IMG/VR virus record: IMGVR_UViG_3300005611_000012
Coordinates: 8,075-72,074 of that record
Length of the DNA stretch: 64,000 bases
Origin: a virus
Strand: one strand, 5' to 3'
Numbering within the stretch: position 1 is the first letter of the stretch; each line of letters opens with the position of its first letter. The notes beneath the pieces are model-generated. The model saw only the letters and a program-made list of their open reading frames with translations. It ran no database searches and had not been told where the DNA came from. The translations under genes were made by a program, and so were the position numbers. Shown here one piece after another: positions 24,331 through 34,359 of the stretch.

Positions 24331-24572
24331 TGTGGCTCTTCGAGATAGTCCAGTTTTGGGCCTCTCTAGGTATTTTCATAATGACCATAGATTGGGCTCG
24401 AGGCTGGCCTAATGCTCTGTCGAATAGACATGCGTTAGAAAAAATGATGGCCGATTACAAAAAAGAGGAGCCAGATATGGATCCTCGATACGCGATCGTT
24501 CTCTCTTTCGTTGCGGTCCATATTATCACTGGACCCTTTGCTATCTTTATTGATGGCGTCCACTCAGACTAA
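24327..24572 (+). CDS. Small membrane protein
   Basis: 81 aa, two hydrophobic segments. Confidence 0.6.
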   Translation: MMWLFEIVQFWASLGIFIMTIDWARGWPNALSNRHALEKMMADYKKEEPDMDPRYAIVLSFVAVHIITGPFAIFIDGVHSD

Positions 24573-24583
24573 GGAACTCCCAA

Positions 24584-25414
24584 ATGGCACAATATATAAA
24601 TCTGGTGGAATTTGCAGATCGTCTGCATCAACAGCCAGGTCAGGCTTGGTGGCCTAACGATATCCGGAATATCACCGAATACAATCAAGCACTCCGACAA
24701 GATTGTTATCCCTATTTTTTTATGCGCGGCGTTGAAGGCTTTTTGGCCAGCCGGCATAGCCATCCTATCTATCATCACGAAGGATGGGCACAAAGTGCAT
24801 GGCTCGCAGGGCATAACTTTGCGAAAGAATTCCTCACTTTTCATGCGCAAGATTTTAGCCATGAGACAGCCTGGATCACTTTTTTTATGATGGGTTATTA
24901 TCCTAATTTGGATTTTCCATCTGAAAAGCGTTGCCACCTTTGGTGGCTATCTCTTTTTGGGGTCTATGCCCGGGTCGCCGCTCATTGCGAAGAATTCGGT
25001 TACGATTTCGAAGATTTTCTCGGACCAAAACGGTCCTCAGCTCCGCCAGCACAAGGAAACACTCAAATGGCACAGCTCTATAAAGACGTCGCAACCGGCG
25101 TCATCGGTACCTGGATCGGCGAAGACGCAGACGGTATCGTCCTCAAGACTGATGACGGTTTTAAAGTCTTCAAGGAAGTCCGGAAGGTCATGCCTTACAC
25201 CGTTCGTGTGAAATTCACTGGCGGCGCCTCTTCTCAGGTCAAACTCGAGAAGGGTAAGTATCTCGTCGGCGATGTTCTTCTGACTTACACCTCGAATAAA
25301 GGCCCTCAGATGATGTCGATTCGAGAACTCGATACTGAGAAAGAAGACGCGTACGACGCGCCTCAGATCATCAAGTTCATCCACAAGGTAACGCGCCCTA
25401 AAGCGAAAAAGTAG
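24584..25414 (+). CDS. Two-part protein; C-terminal part (internal start 25067) resembles a conserved N4-like middle protein
   Basis: Internal AAGGAAACACTCAA-ATG at 25067; LYKD...GTWIGEDADG...KVMPYTVRVKF...GD pattern. Confidence 0.6.
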   Translation: MAQYINLVEFADRLHQQPGQAWWPNDIRNITEYNQALRQDCYPYFFMRGVEGFLASRHSHPIYHHEGWAQSAWLAGHNFAKEFLTFHAQDFSHETAWITFFMMGYYPNLDFPSEKRCHLWWLSLFGVYARVAAHCEEFGYDFEDFLGPKRSSAPPAQGNTQMAQLYKDVATGVIGTWIGEDADGIVLKTDDGFKVFKEVRKVMPYTVRVKFTGGASSQVKLEKGKYLVGDVLLTYTSNKGPQMMSIRELDTEKEDAYDAPQIIKFIHKVTRPKAKK

Positions 25415-25424
25415 AGGTCTGGCC

Positions 25425-25811
25425 GTGAAAGCAAAGCAATTAGATATTTGCCCTTGCTGCGGCCAGACTGTCGCTAAAAACCCCGCTCAGCGTAAGCAGA
25501 AACACATTGATGCGATCGAGCAGCTGTATGATGTGACCTTTAAAGAGATGTCTTCTCGGACAAAGATCCATCGTATCAGCCTCGCTCGCAATCATTACTG
25601 GTTCTTGCTTGTTGTAGAAGAGCGATGGAGCTTAACCCGTGCCGGCGCATCAACCGGTCACGGAGCGCAGCCTGCTCTGCAAGGCACTCGCCGAATTGCC
25701 AATCAATTACTCGGCACTCACATGAAAATGTCTTTAGACGATATCCGTATCGCTTATTGGAAAAACCTTGGTTTCTCTGATGAACAAATCGAGGAAAAAG
25801 TCTACGGATAA
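25425..25811 (+). CDS. DnaA domain IV-like helix-turn-helix protein with N-terminal CPCCG
   Basis: VTFKEMSSRTKIHRISLARNHYWFLL...WSLTRAGASTGH...RRI resembles the DnaA C-terminal signature. Confidence 0.5.
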   Translation: MKAKQLDICPCCGQTVAKNPAQRKQKHIDAIEQLYDVTFKEMSSRTKIHRISLARNHYWFLLVVEERWSLTRAGASTGHGAQPALQGTRRIANQLLGTHMKMSLDDIRIAYWKNLGFSDEQIEEKVYG

Positions 25812-25831
25812 GAACCAAGAAAGATCTCCCA

Positions 25832-26938
25832 ATGACTGCAATGGAAAACTTTATCGGACACACTCAGCTCCAGGAAGAGTATGAGGTTTGTATCAGCAAA
25901 GGACTGGTGCCCTATGTCCGCTCATCGCCGGGTATCGGTAAGTCCGATTCCGCGAAAAAATTCGCTAAAAAGCACAATCTCGAACTGATCGATATTCGTT
26001 TGAGCCAGTGTACCCCAGAAGATTTGCAAGGCTATCCCATGCGGGAAGGCGATAAGGCTGTGTTCACGCCGTTCAACATCTTCCCCCTGGAAGGAGAGCC
26101 TCTTCCGATTGACCAAGAAGCTCTTGCTCGGATGGGCGATAAAGCGAATTCTCTTACTGAAGAACAAATTCCCCGCAAGAACGGTTGGCTTCTGCTCCTC
26201 GATGAGCTGAGCTCCGCCAATAAAGCCGTTCAAGCCGCGGCGTATAAAATCATTCTCGATCGTCAGGTTGGTTCATTCAACCTGCATCCAAATTGTGGAA
26301 TGATCGCTTGCGGTAACCTGATCACGGATAAGGCGGTGGTCCACAAGATGTCGACCGCTTTGCAGTCGCGGCTTGTTCATTACCAGCTTCAGATCACTGT
26401 TGATGAGTGGACTGAGTGGGCTCTTGAACATAATATCGATCATCGGATCTCCGCCTTTGTCAATTTCGACAATAACATGCTGATGAACTTCAACCCCGAC
26501 CATGAGGACCATACGTTTGCTTGTCCACGGACTTGGGAATTCCTCAATCGAACCATGAATAACGTCACTGTTGATCGTTCGGCTCACCAGCCGCGAATCT
26601 GTGGCACTATTGGTTCCGGCGCCGGAATGGAGTTTATCTCATTCTGTGAGGTCTATAATGACCTTCCCAAGTGGGATCACATCATTGATCCAAAAATCAA
26701 TGAGGCGTTGACCCCACCTCCAGAACCTACAGCTAAGTTCGCTGTGATCTCCTGGATTGGTGCAGAAGTCGAAAAGACAGATGTGGAAAAAGTGTTGCCT
26801 TACGTTCAAAAGTTTGGCGGCGAATTCCAAATGCTCTTCTGCCGGCACATTCTTCGACGTCTGCCTAATATGGACCGCGAGAGCGAAGAATTCCGCAAAT
26901 TCTCTATGAAGATCATCTCTAAAGCCAACCGCTCATAG
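25832..26938 (+). CDS. AAA+ ATPase (N4 gp24-like, MoxR-type)
   Basis: Walker A SSPGIGKS, Walker B LLLLDE, ACGN sensor, STALQSR; paired with the vWA gene. Confidence 0.9.
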   Translation: MTAMENFIGHTQLQEEYEVCISKGLVPYVRSSPGIGKSDSAKKFAKKHNLELIDIRLSQCTPEDLQGYPMREGDKAVFTPFNIFPLEGEPLPIDQEALARMGDKANSLTEEQIPRKNGWLLLLDELSSANKAVQAAAYKIILDRQVGSFNLHPNCGMIACGNLITDKAVVHKMSTALQSRLVHYQLQITVDEWTEWALEHNIDHRISAFVNFDNNMLMNFNPDHEDHTFACPRTWEFLNRTMNNVTVDRSAHQPRICGTIGSGAGMEFISFCEVYNDLPKWDHIIDPKINEALTPPPEPTAKFAVISWIGAEVEKTDVEKVLPYVQKFGGEFQMLFCRHILRRLPNMDRESEEFRKFSMKIISKANRS

Positions 26939-26945
26939 GTGATTT

Positions 26946-28139
26946 ATGACCCAACCCACATTCAATCCTGAGGACTATATCTCCGACGAACCAGTAACTG
27001 AAGGTGATATGATTGAGCTCAATCGTATGCTGGATGCTGTGAAAGTTCGGCTCTTCCAGAAGAAATGGAATGGTTTCTTGGGTCCTCTTGTAGCCTCGAT
27101 CTCTTTCAAATGGGATCGTTCAATTCCAACAGCCGCCACAAATGGCGTGTTCATGGTCTGGAACCCAGAATTCTTTAAATCCCTGGATCGCGACAGCAAA
27201 GTCACTGTGCTTGCACACGAAGCTTGGCATATCGCTTTCCAGCACATGGGACGTCGAGAGAAACGACATCCTTATATCTGGAATGTCGCTGCAGACTATG
27301 TAATCAACAATATGCTCAAGTCTGGCGGCTATTACATGGATGGGTTTCCTTACCTGATGGATTCCCAGTTCGATGGCTGGACCACCGATCAAGTCTACGA
27401 CTGGCTGATGGACAACAAGGTAGAAGTCGTCAATCCTCAGGATGGTGACTTCTTCGAGGCCGGAGATGGTCCTGAGTCGATGCAGGGAGGTATGACCCCT
27501 GACCAGATTGCCAAAAAAGCATTTGGCAATGTCCACAATGCGTCGACCGCTTCCAAGATGTCCAAAAACCACGGTGATATGCCAGGTGAAGTGAAGCAGA
27601 TGATTGAGGATTTCCTCAAGCCGAAGCTTCCTTGGCAAGAGATCCTGGTCAATTTCTTTGAAGCACTCTCTTCCGTAGAATATTCTTATAGCCGACCGAA
27701 CCGCCGATATAGCGATCCAATGCTACCGGGCCGTGTCGGGCGGTCTGGTTTGGAGCTGATCCACTATTACCTGGATGTCTCTGGTTCCATCTCAGATGCA
27801 GAGATCAAACGCTTCAACTCGGAAGTGAAATACATCAAGGATACCTATAATCCCGAGAAGCTTGTGCTAATCACTTTTGATACCAAGCTTCAGGATTTCT
27901 ACGAGTTTGAAGAAGACGATGAGTTCGAGAAAATTGTTGTCACCGGCCGCGGTGGAACCAATCTAAAAGAAGTCTGGGCTCACGCTAAAGAGCATATGCC
28001 CAATGCTATCGTTGTCTTCACTGACTTGTATGTGGGGATCCCACAAGAACCGCCAGGCCCACCTCTTATTTGGGTGGTCTCAGGTAATCCAAACTCCGAA
28101 GTGCCTTATGGCACTCTCATTAATATCGAGGAAGACTGA
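26946..28139 (+). CDS. Metallopeptidase-like plus vWA domain protein (N4 gp25-like)
   Basis: TAATNG, LAHEAWH (HExxH), WNVAADYVIN, MIDAS motif DVSGS, GRGGT, VFTD. Confidence 0.9.
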   Translation: MTQPTFNPEDYISDEPVTEGDMIELNRMLDAVKVRLFQKKWNGFLGPLVASISFKWDRSIPTAATNGVFMVWNPEFFKSLDRDSKVTVLAHEAWHIAFQHMGRREKRHPYIWNVAADYVINNMLKSGGYYMDGFPYLMDSQFDGWTTDQVYDWLMDNKVEVVNPQDGDFFEAGDGPESMQGGMTPDQIAKKAFGNVHNASTASKMSKNHGDMPGEVKQMIEDFLKPKLPWQEILVNFFEALSSVEYSYSRPNRRYSDPMLPGRVGRSGLELIHYYLDVSGSISDAEIKRFNSEVKYIKDTYNPEKLVLITFDTKLQDFYEFEEDDEFEKIVVTGRGGTNLKEVWAHAKEHMPNAIVVFTDLYVGIPQEPPGPPLIWVVSGNPNSEVPYGTLINIEED

Positions 28140-28315
28140 TGCTAAAAGCTACGGTAAAATGCACACTTTCAGTCAACGTTCCGCAATGGTTTGTTGATGA
28201 CTCGGGAGATCTCGAGCCAGCTGACATTGTCTGGGAATGGTTATCCTCAGGTATGACGAGCGTGGAGAATGTTGAAATTTTAGATTCAGACCGCGCTCTG
28301 ATCGAGGAAAAATAA
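28139..28315 (+). CDS. 58-aa acidic protein (missed by ORF track)
   Basis: MLKATVKCTLSVNVPQWFVDDSGDLEPADIVWEWLSSGMTSVENVEILDSDRALIEEK; TGATG and TAATG overlaps on both sides. Confidence 0.7.
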   Translation: MLKATVKCTLSVNVPQWFVDDSGDLEPADIVWEWLSSGMTSVENVEILDSDRALIEEK

Positions 28316-29673
28316 TGACCCAACCAGCTCCCCAACTTAACGCTGACCAACAAAAAGCGGCAGATACTCTCGCCACTTACATCATTGGTCCGGACAAGGA
28401 ATTCTTCCTGACTGGATCCCCTGGTGTTGGTAAGACCTATCTGACCCGTGAACTGGTCAGTCTCCTGCCGGCAACAATCAGTGCGTACAATCAATCCATG
28501 TCGCTTCAGCGAACACCCATGGAATTGATGCTGACAGCTACCACTAACAAAGCCGCTGCGGTTTTGGGTGAGCAAACTGGCCGGCAAGCCAAGACAATCC
28601 ATTCATTCTTGGGTGTGGTCCCTATGACGGATTATTCGACCGGTCAGACTTACCTGAAGCGAACCAACAACTATAAGATCCATTCGAATGTGATGCTCTT
28701 CATCGATGAAGCGTCTATGATCGATAAAGATCTTTATATGATCCTTCAGGAAGCGACCGACGAAACTTGTAAGATCATCTATGTCGGTGACAAAAATCAA
28801 TTGCCGCCGGTTATGGAGAAGCTTTCTCCTGCCGTGGCTCTCGCTGACATTGGAAACCGCCATTACGAGATTACAACGCCTGTCCGTAACGCTGGTTCGC
28901 CGGCGCTGCAGGAACTATGTGAGGGCCTCAAAGAAGATATTCTTCTCGAGCGGCCGAAAGACCAGCTTACAAAATGGAAGCAGGCACCGGGTGAGATTGA
29001 TTTCATCAATGGCGATCAGCTGAAGCTACTCATCGAGGGCATCTACGGCCCTAATGGAACCATGAAAGCAGACGATCCTGAGCTGGCTTGCCGGATCCTT
29101 TGTTACACCAACAAAGCAGTAATCGGTTATAACCATTTTATCCGGGGTATTCGTGGTTTGCCTGATTATCCGACTGTGGGTGAGCGGATGGTTTGTAACT
29201 CCCACTTTCCACTCTCTGCCCAGGCATCTTTCAATGTCGAAGAGCAAGTCAAAATTCATGGCGTCTATGGTCCTGAGGAGGTTCAGATCGATGATCACAA
29301 TTCTCTGGATGCCTATATGGTGGAAGTTTCTTCTGCGTTCACTTCCCGATACACTGTGAAATATCCAGCTAATCGTGATGCATGGGATTCTCTTCGACGT
29401 CATTATAAGTCGAAAAATTTCCGGAACTGGAAGCTGTTCTACAAGCTCCAGGAAGAGTGGATCGATCTCCGTAACCGTGAAGCCTCGACAGTCTATAAAG
29501 CTCAAGGCTCGACTTATGACTCGGTCATTCTGATCATGGATGATATTTTCACGTCTCGAGATGTAAACCAGCTACGCCGTATGCTGTATGTTGGTGCGTC
29601 TCGTGCGCGGAAACGAATCTATGTCTATGACCGCGGCATTCACCAAAATCAGAGAGGTTTGTATATCCCATGA
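28315..29673 (+). CDS. SF1 DNA helicase (RecD/Dda-like, N4 gp37-like)
   Basis: GSPGVGKT, TATTNKAA, IDEASMID, YVGDKNQLPPV, STVYKAQGSTYD, LYVGASRAR. Confidence 0.93.
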   Translation: MTQPAPQLNADQQKAADTLATYIIGPDKEFFLTGSPGVGKTYLTRELVSLLPATISAYNQSMSLQRTPMELMLTATTNKAAAVLGEQTGRQAKTIHSFLGVVPMTDYSTGQTYLKRTNNYKIHSNVMLFIDEASMIDKDLYMILQEATDETCKIIYVGDKNQLPPVMEKLSPAVALADIGNRHYEITTPVRNAGSPALQELCEGLKEDILLERPKDQLTKWKQAPGEIDFINGDQLKLLIEGIYGPNGTMKADDPELACRILCYTNKAVIGYNHFIRGIRGLPDYPTVGERMVCNSHFPLSAQASFNVEEQVKIHGVYGPEEVQIDDHNSLDAYMVEVSSAFTSRYTVKYPANRDAWDSLRRHYKSKNFRNWKLFYKLQEEWIDLRNREASTVYKAQGSTYDSVILIMDDIFTSRDVNQLRRMLYVGASRARKRIYVYDRGIHQNQRGLYIP

Positions 29674-30236
29674 GCCATACAGACGATGAACTGATCCAAG
29701 CTTGGAAAGACGATCTCATTTCCAAGCTGGTGTTCGTTGAAATTCAAGCTTCACTTGAGGCACGGGAACAGGAACTCATTGGTCAAGAGACTAAACGTCT
29801 TGTTGAGAAGAACCAGGTCCTTGGGGGATCCGAACACGGTTTCTATTACAAGTCTGAGCTCTTCGTTGTCGACGGCGCCTATGGCAAAGATGGTATCGAA
29901 ATCATCGATCCCAGCCTCGAGGAAGAAGCAGAATTTCTCCGCTTGAACCGTGTTGAGGTTCAGCAACACACAACGTATATCGCCCATTTCCTGGGAGCCC
30001 TTGAGCGCTTTGCTGAAGGCAACCCCAGTCGATACTGTGCCAACGCACCGCGGGGCCTTATGCAACTTTCAGACTCACTGAGCCGATTGGATCTCTTCTG
30101 CCAGAAGAACGATACAGCCTTCTATGAAGACTCAAAGTTCCATCCAGAAGATAAAGCGAAAGCTTCATTTTTCGCGCACTACAACCGTGTCGACGATCCT
30201 ATCAATCGGTTCCTTTTTAGACGGACAGCGTACTGA
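29670..30236 (+). CDS. Conserved N4-like protein between helicase and DNA polymerase
   Basis: 188 aa, coupled on both sides; syntenic position. Confidence 0.7.
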   Translation: MSHTDDELIQAWKDDLISKLVFVEIQASLEAREQELIGQETKRLVEKNQVLGGSEHGFYYKSELFVVDGAYGKDGIEIIDPSLEEEAEFLRLNRVEVQQHTTYIAHFLGALERFAEGNPSRYCANAPRGLMQLSDSLSRLDLFCQKNDTAFYEDSKFHPEDKAKASFFAHYNRVDDPINRFLFRRTAY

Positions 30237-32893
30237 TGCGATGGATTGGCTTTTCAAACGACTTTGAGCCTAACGATGTAGAAATCCTCATTCTCTCATA
30301 TGAACTTGATTATGCAGAGATGAAGAGAACCTATCTCGATAAAGGCTTGATCGCTCAAGGAGAGCCAGCAAAGCGCATTCTCGATCGTACTGCAGCTGTT
30401 CAGCTGCCCTATCTCCTGTCAGGTCCCAAAAAGAAAAAGAAGCCACTCTCAGTTGCTGAACGTCGTGAGTGGTTCAACGAGCTTTTCGAGAAGCTTAAGC
30501 ATACCAAAATTAAGCACGTATTGATCGCTAATCCCGATTACTACAAGACTTTTACCGGTTCCGCGAAAGCGGCGCTCGAAGTGGGCTCTCTAACACCTCC
30601 CCATGAGGACCACTTCGAGCATCTTAAACATTTGCGGGTTGGGTTTATCCCAAACCACAAAATGGCGTTCTATGATCCAGTGAAGACCGAAGCATCCATT
30701 ACCACAGCAATGAAATCTGTGATCGAGGATAGACAGGGTAAATACAAGGATCCTGGAACTGGCATCATCAAAAAATGCTATTATCCCCAGACACTCGATG
30801 AAATTCGAAACGCACTAACATACATCGTTGTGAATAAGTTGCGGGTGACGTGTGACATCGAAGGGTTTAGTTTGCATATTGATGATGCCGGTATCGCCAG
30901 CATTGCATTCGCTTGGAACAAGCATGAGGGTATTGCTTTCCAAGTTGATTGGGCACCAAATTTCCCAAACCAAGATGTACGTCGGATTCTTATTGATTTT
31001 TTCACCAGGTTTCATGAAACGTACAAAAGGGGCAGAGAACGCCGGCTGATCTTTCACAACGCCAGTTACGACCTAAGCGTGCTTATCCACCAACTATCTA
31101 AAGACACCAGCGCGTACGATTACGAAGAGATTTTCGATGTTCTGGCTTGTGAGGGAATGATCCATGATACCAAAATCATCAGTTACTTGGCTACGAACTC
31201 AACTTCGGGAAATAAGCTTAGCCTTAAAGATCAAGCTGTTGAATTTGCAGGCAACTATGCTGTTGAGGAAATTAAAGACATCACAAAAATCCCGGTCCAA
31301 GAGCTCCTCGAATACAACTTGGTGGATGCTCTAAGTACCTGGTACGTCTATGAAAAGAACATGCCGATCATGATCGCTGATGATCAGATGTCGGTGTACA
31401 AAGAAATCTTCCGGCCGTCTCTCATCGACATTATCGATATGCAGCTCACTGGGCTGCCTGTTCACATGCCTTCTGTTTATGGATCCGAAGCTGAGCTGAT
31501 GAAGCTCAAGGCCCAGGCAGAAGCTACAATCCAGGGGAACCAAGTTGTCCAAGATTACCGTCACCACCTTCGACAAATGGAAATATCCAAGTGGAACGCT
31601 CGACTCAAAAAGAAAAGGGTTACCCTTTCTGACGCCACTGCCGAGTTTAATCCTGGCAGCGATACTCAGCTGGCTGGCTTGCTATTTGATCCAGCCTTCT
31701 TTGGATTCCCAGTCCTTGGAAAAACAGACAGCGGTGCTCCATCAACTAAAGGAGCCATTCTAAAGAACCTAAAGAACCATACGAATGATGTAATCACGCT
31801 CGAACTTCTCGATGCCCTTATCGAATATAAAGACGTGAGTATCCTCTTATCGACATTTATCCCGGCATTTAAGAATGCTCGGAAAGGTCCAGATGGATGG
31901 CATTATCTTCATGGTTCTTTTAACTTGGGTGGTACTGTCTCAGGCAGATTGAGCTCCTCGGATCCAAACCTTCAGAATATTCCTTCTGGGTCCAGACTCG
32001 CTAAGTACATCAAACGATGTGTGAAGGCACCTCCTGGATATCTTTTCATGGGTCTCGACTTCGATAGTCTCGAGGATAAGATCTCAGCACTGACGACCAA
32101 AGATCCCAACAAACTGAAAGTCTATACCGATGGTTATGATGGTCATTGTCTACGCGCTTATTCTTATTTTGGCGATAATATGCCCGACATTGACCCTGCT
32201 TCTGTTTCTTCCATCAATTCTATTGCTGTTAAGTATCCGCAGGAGAGACAAGATTCAAAGGCACCGACGTTCGCGCTGACATATGGCGGTACCCACCATG
32301 CTCTGGTCACACAGTGTGGCATCGACAAAGTCCAGGCTTTGGATATCGAACGGAAATACCATCAACTCTATAAGCACTCAGATGATTGGGTCGATCTCAA
32401 GATCCAAGGAGCCAGAGATAACGGCTATATCACTGTCGCTTTTGGCTTGAGAGTCAGAACACCTTTATTGGGTCAGACACTCAACACAAAGCGTCACACG
32501 CCGTACCAGGCGCTCTCTGAGGCTCGTACTGCCGGCAATGCCCTTGGCCAGTCCTGGGGCTTGTTGAACAATCGTGCTGCCACAGCTTTTATGAAGAAAG
32601 TTCGAGCGCACCCAGTAAGGGCTGACATTAGAATCTGTTGCCAGATTCATGATGCCCAGTATTACTTGGTTCGGGCTGATTCACATATTGTGGAATGGTT
32701 CAATCGAACACTCTCTGAAGAAGTGAAATGGCAAAATCACCCGGATATCAGTCACCCTGATGTTCATCTTTCTGGTGAAGCTTCAATCTTCTATCCGACA
32801 TGGGCTGAAGAGCACAGTATACCAAACTCCGCGTCCATAATGGACATTAAACGAATAGGCCGAGAAATAGCAGAGGAATACCCTGATGGCTGA
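30236..32893 (+). CDS. Family A DNA polymerase (N4 gp39-like)
   Basis: 3'-5' exonuclease TCDIEGF, FHNASYD and YNLVDAL; GTVSGRLSSSDPNLQN; motif A LDFDSLE, motif B RQDSKAPTFALTYG, motif C QIHDA. Confidence 0.95.
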   Translation: MRWIGFSNDFEPNDVEILILSYELDYAEMKRTYLDKGLIAQGEPAKRILDRTAAVQLPYLLSGPKKKKKPLSVAERREWFNELFEKLKHTKIKHVLIANPDYYKTFTGSAKAALEVGSLTPPHEDHFEHLKHLRVGFIPNHKMAFYDPVKTEASITTAMKSVIEDRQGKYKDPGTGIIKKCYYPQTLDEIRNALTYIVVNKLRVTCDIEGFSLHIDDAGIASIAFAWNKHEGIAFQVDWAPNFPNQDVRRILIDFFTRFHETYKRGRERRLIFHNASYDLSVLIHQLSKDTSAYDYEEIFDVLACEGMIHDTKIISYLATNSTSGNKLSLKDQAVEFAGNYAVEEIKDITKIPVQELLEYNLVDALSTWYVYEKNMPIMIADDQMSVYKEIFRPSLIDIIDMQLTGLPVHMPSVYGSEAELMKLKAQAEATIQGNQVVQDYRHHLRQMEISKWNARLKKKRVTLSDATAEFNPGSDTQLAGLLFDPAFFGFPVLGKTDSGAPSTKGAILKNLKNHTNDVITLELLDALIEYKDVSILLSTFIPAFKNARKGPDGWHYLHGSFNLGGTVSGRLSSSDPNLQNIPSGSRLAKYIKRCVKAPPGYLFMGLDFDSLEDKISALTTKDPNKLKVYTDGYDGHCLRAYSYFGDNMPDIDPASVSSINSIAVKYPQERQDSKAPTFALTYGGTHHALVTQCGIDKVQALDIERKYHQLYKHSDDWVDLKIQGARDNGYITVAFGLRVRTPLLGQTLNTKRHTPYQALSEARTAGNALGQSWGLLNNRAATAFMKKVRAHPVRADIRICCQIHDAQYYLVRADSHIVEWFNRTLSEEVKWQNHPDISHPDVHLSGEASIFYPTWAEEHSIPNSASIMDIKRIGREIAEEYPDG

Positions 32894-33206
32894 AGACAAG
32901 AAACATTTCTGGATGGCTGCAGTGGAAATTGCAGCAGTACACCCTGGCAACGAAGATGCCGGTGTGGCGCCATATCCCATGGCGGTTAAAATCAACGTCT
33001 TGACCGAGACAACCCGCAAGCGAATGGACGCAGATGCGATGGATACGCTCCGCCAAGCAGCCCTGATGAAAGCCCAAGAAAAGTATGAATTAAACCCTTC
33101 ATGGGTGGCAAATTTCTTCTTTTTTGGTATCTATTATCTGGGCCTTATGTCGCCGAAAGAGTACATGGGCCGGACCCAACCGACAAAGATTGTCGCCAAC
33201 GAATAG
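32886..33206 (+). CDS. Conserved N4-like protein downstream of DNA polymerase
   Basis: 106 aa; YYLGLMSPKEY C-terminal motif; synteny. Confidence 0.65.
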   Translation: MAEDKKHFWMAAVEIAAVHPGNEDAGVAPYPMAVKINVLTETTRKRMDADAMDTLRQAALMKAQEKYELNPSWVANFFFFGIYYLGLMSPKEYMGRTQPTKIVANE

Positions 33207-33215
33207 GATCTCCTA

Positions 33216-34247
33216 ATGACTGACCGTCCGCTAACGAACCAAGCAAATCTGGGCCTCGTGATGGCTATATGGCTTGCCCATGATACCTATGATCATGATC
33301 CAGTTGATGCACCTCAAGATGACAATCCGATCGTCTCAGCTACGACACTTTTGAAGCCCACTAAGGCTCTTGTCCTCGGACACCGTGTACCGCCAGAAGA
33401 TAGTACGATAGACCTTCAGGATTTGGTTGCTGCGCGGATGGGTCAGTCAATTCACTCTGGAATTGAGAGTGCAATCTTCTCAGATGCTCGAGATCAAATT
33501 CTCAAGAAAATCGGTACATCACAGCGTATAATCGACAATCTTGTGATTAATCCAAAAAAGAAATTGCTCGAGCAAAACCCCAGCGCAATACCGCTCTATC
33601 TGGAGCAACGCCGTTTCCGGATGATCACTGCGACCAACGGAACCAAGGTCTGGATCTCAGGACAATTTGACCAGGTGTTTGCTGGGCGGGTTGAAGACAA
33701 CAAAACCACTTCGACCTACAAATGGCTGAAAATGAATCAATCTGAGAAATCAGACTTTGCTGTCCAGCTGAGCATTTATCGCTGGTTGGATCCAGAAGTG
33801 ATCACTTCCGAGGTTGGGATTATCAACTTCATCTTCAAAGATTGGAAGCGCGGTGAGGCTTCTAGGATTGATAACTATCCGCCATTCCCCGTCAGCGAGC
33901 TGCCAGTTCAATTGATGAGCCTCGAAGAAACTGAGCGCTTCATCATCAAGAAGATCGACGAGATCCTTGCTACTGTGCCTATGAAGCACGAAAGCGATAT
34001 GCCTCGCTGCAAGGAAGAAGAACTGTGGAAGCAGCCTGACGTCCACAAGTATTACAAGAACCCCGAGACCGCTCAAAAGAACGGCCGGGCCACCAAGAAT
34101 TTTGATTCTTACCCTGCGGCTATGCAGCACAAAGCTAAAGCCGGCGGAGTGGGTGTCATTAAAACATTCCCAGGCGAAGTTCGCCGATGCTCTTATTGTG
34201 ATGCAGCACCTCTGTGTACGCAGCGACTAGAGTATCAAACAGATTAA
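33216..34247 (+). CDS. PD-(D/E)xK nuclease (N4 gp42-like)
   Basis: SATTLLKP, RMGQSIH, ISGQFD...EDNKTTS, QLSIYRWL, C-terminal C...CSYC...C. Confidence 0.85.
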   Translation: MTDRPLTNQANLGLVMAIWLAHDTYDHDPVDAPQDDNPIVSATTLLKPTKALVLGHRVPPEDSTIDLQDLVAARMGQSIHSGIESAIFSDARDQILKKIGTSQRIIDNLVINPKKKLLEQNPSAIPLYLEQRRFRMITATNGTKVWISGQFDQVFAGRVEDNKTTSTYKWLKMNQSEKSDFAVQLSIYRWLDPEVITSEVGIINFIFKDWKRGEASRIDNYPPFPVSELPVQLMSLEETERFIIKKIDEILATVPMKHESDMPRCKEEELWKQPDVHKYYKNPETAQKNGRATKNFDSYPAAMQHKAKAGGVGVIKTFPGEVRRCSYCDAAPLCTQRLEYQTD

Positions 34248-34359
34248 CCAGTTTCCCCGAGAAAGGTGACTTTCTGCAGAGAGTCCCCAACAAGTCCTGT
34301 CTGCAGCAGAGAGCGTTCATTGCACGAGCGTGGGAATTCAATTTTTAGAGGGTACCTCA

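Noticed and set aside
30236-32893. Intron or intein in DNA polymerase, primase or helicase
   Set aside because: Lengths and motif spacing are ordinary for N4-like enzymes; no Hint or endonuclease motifs seen.
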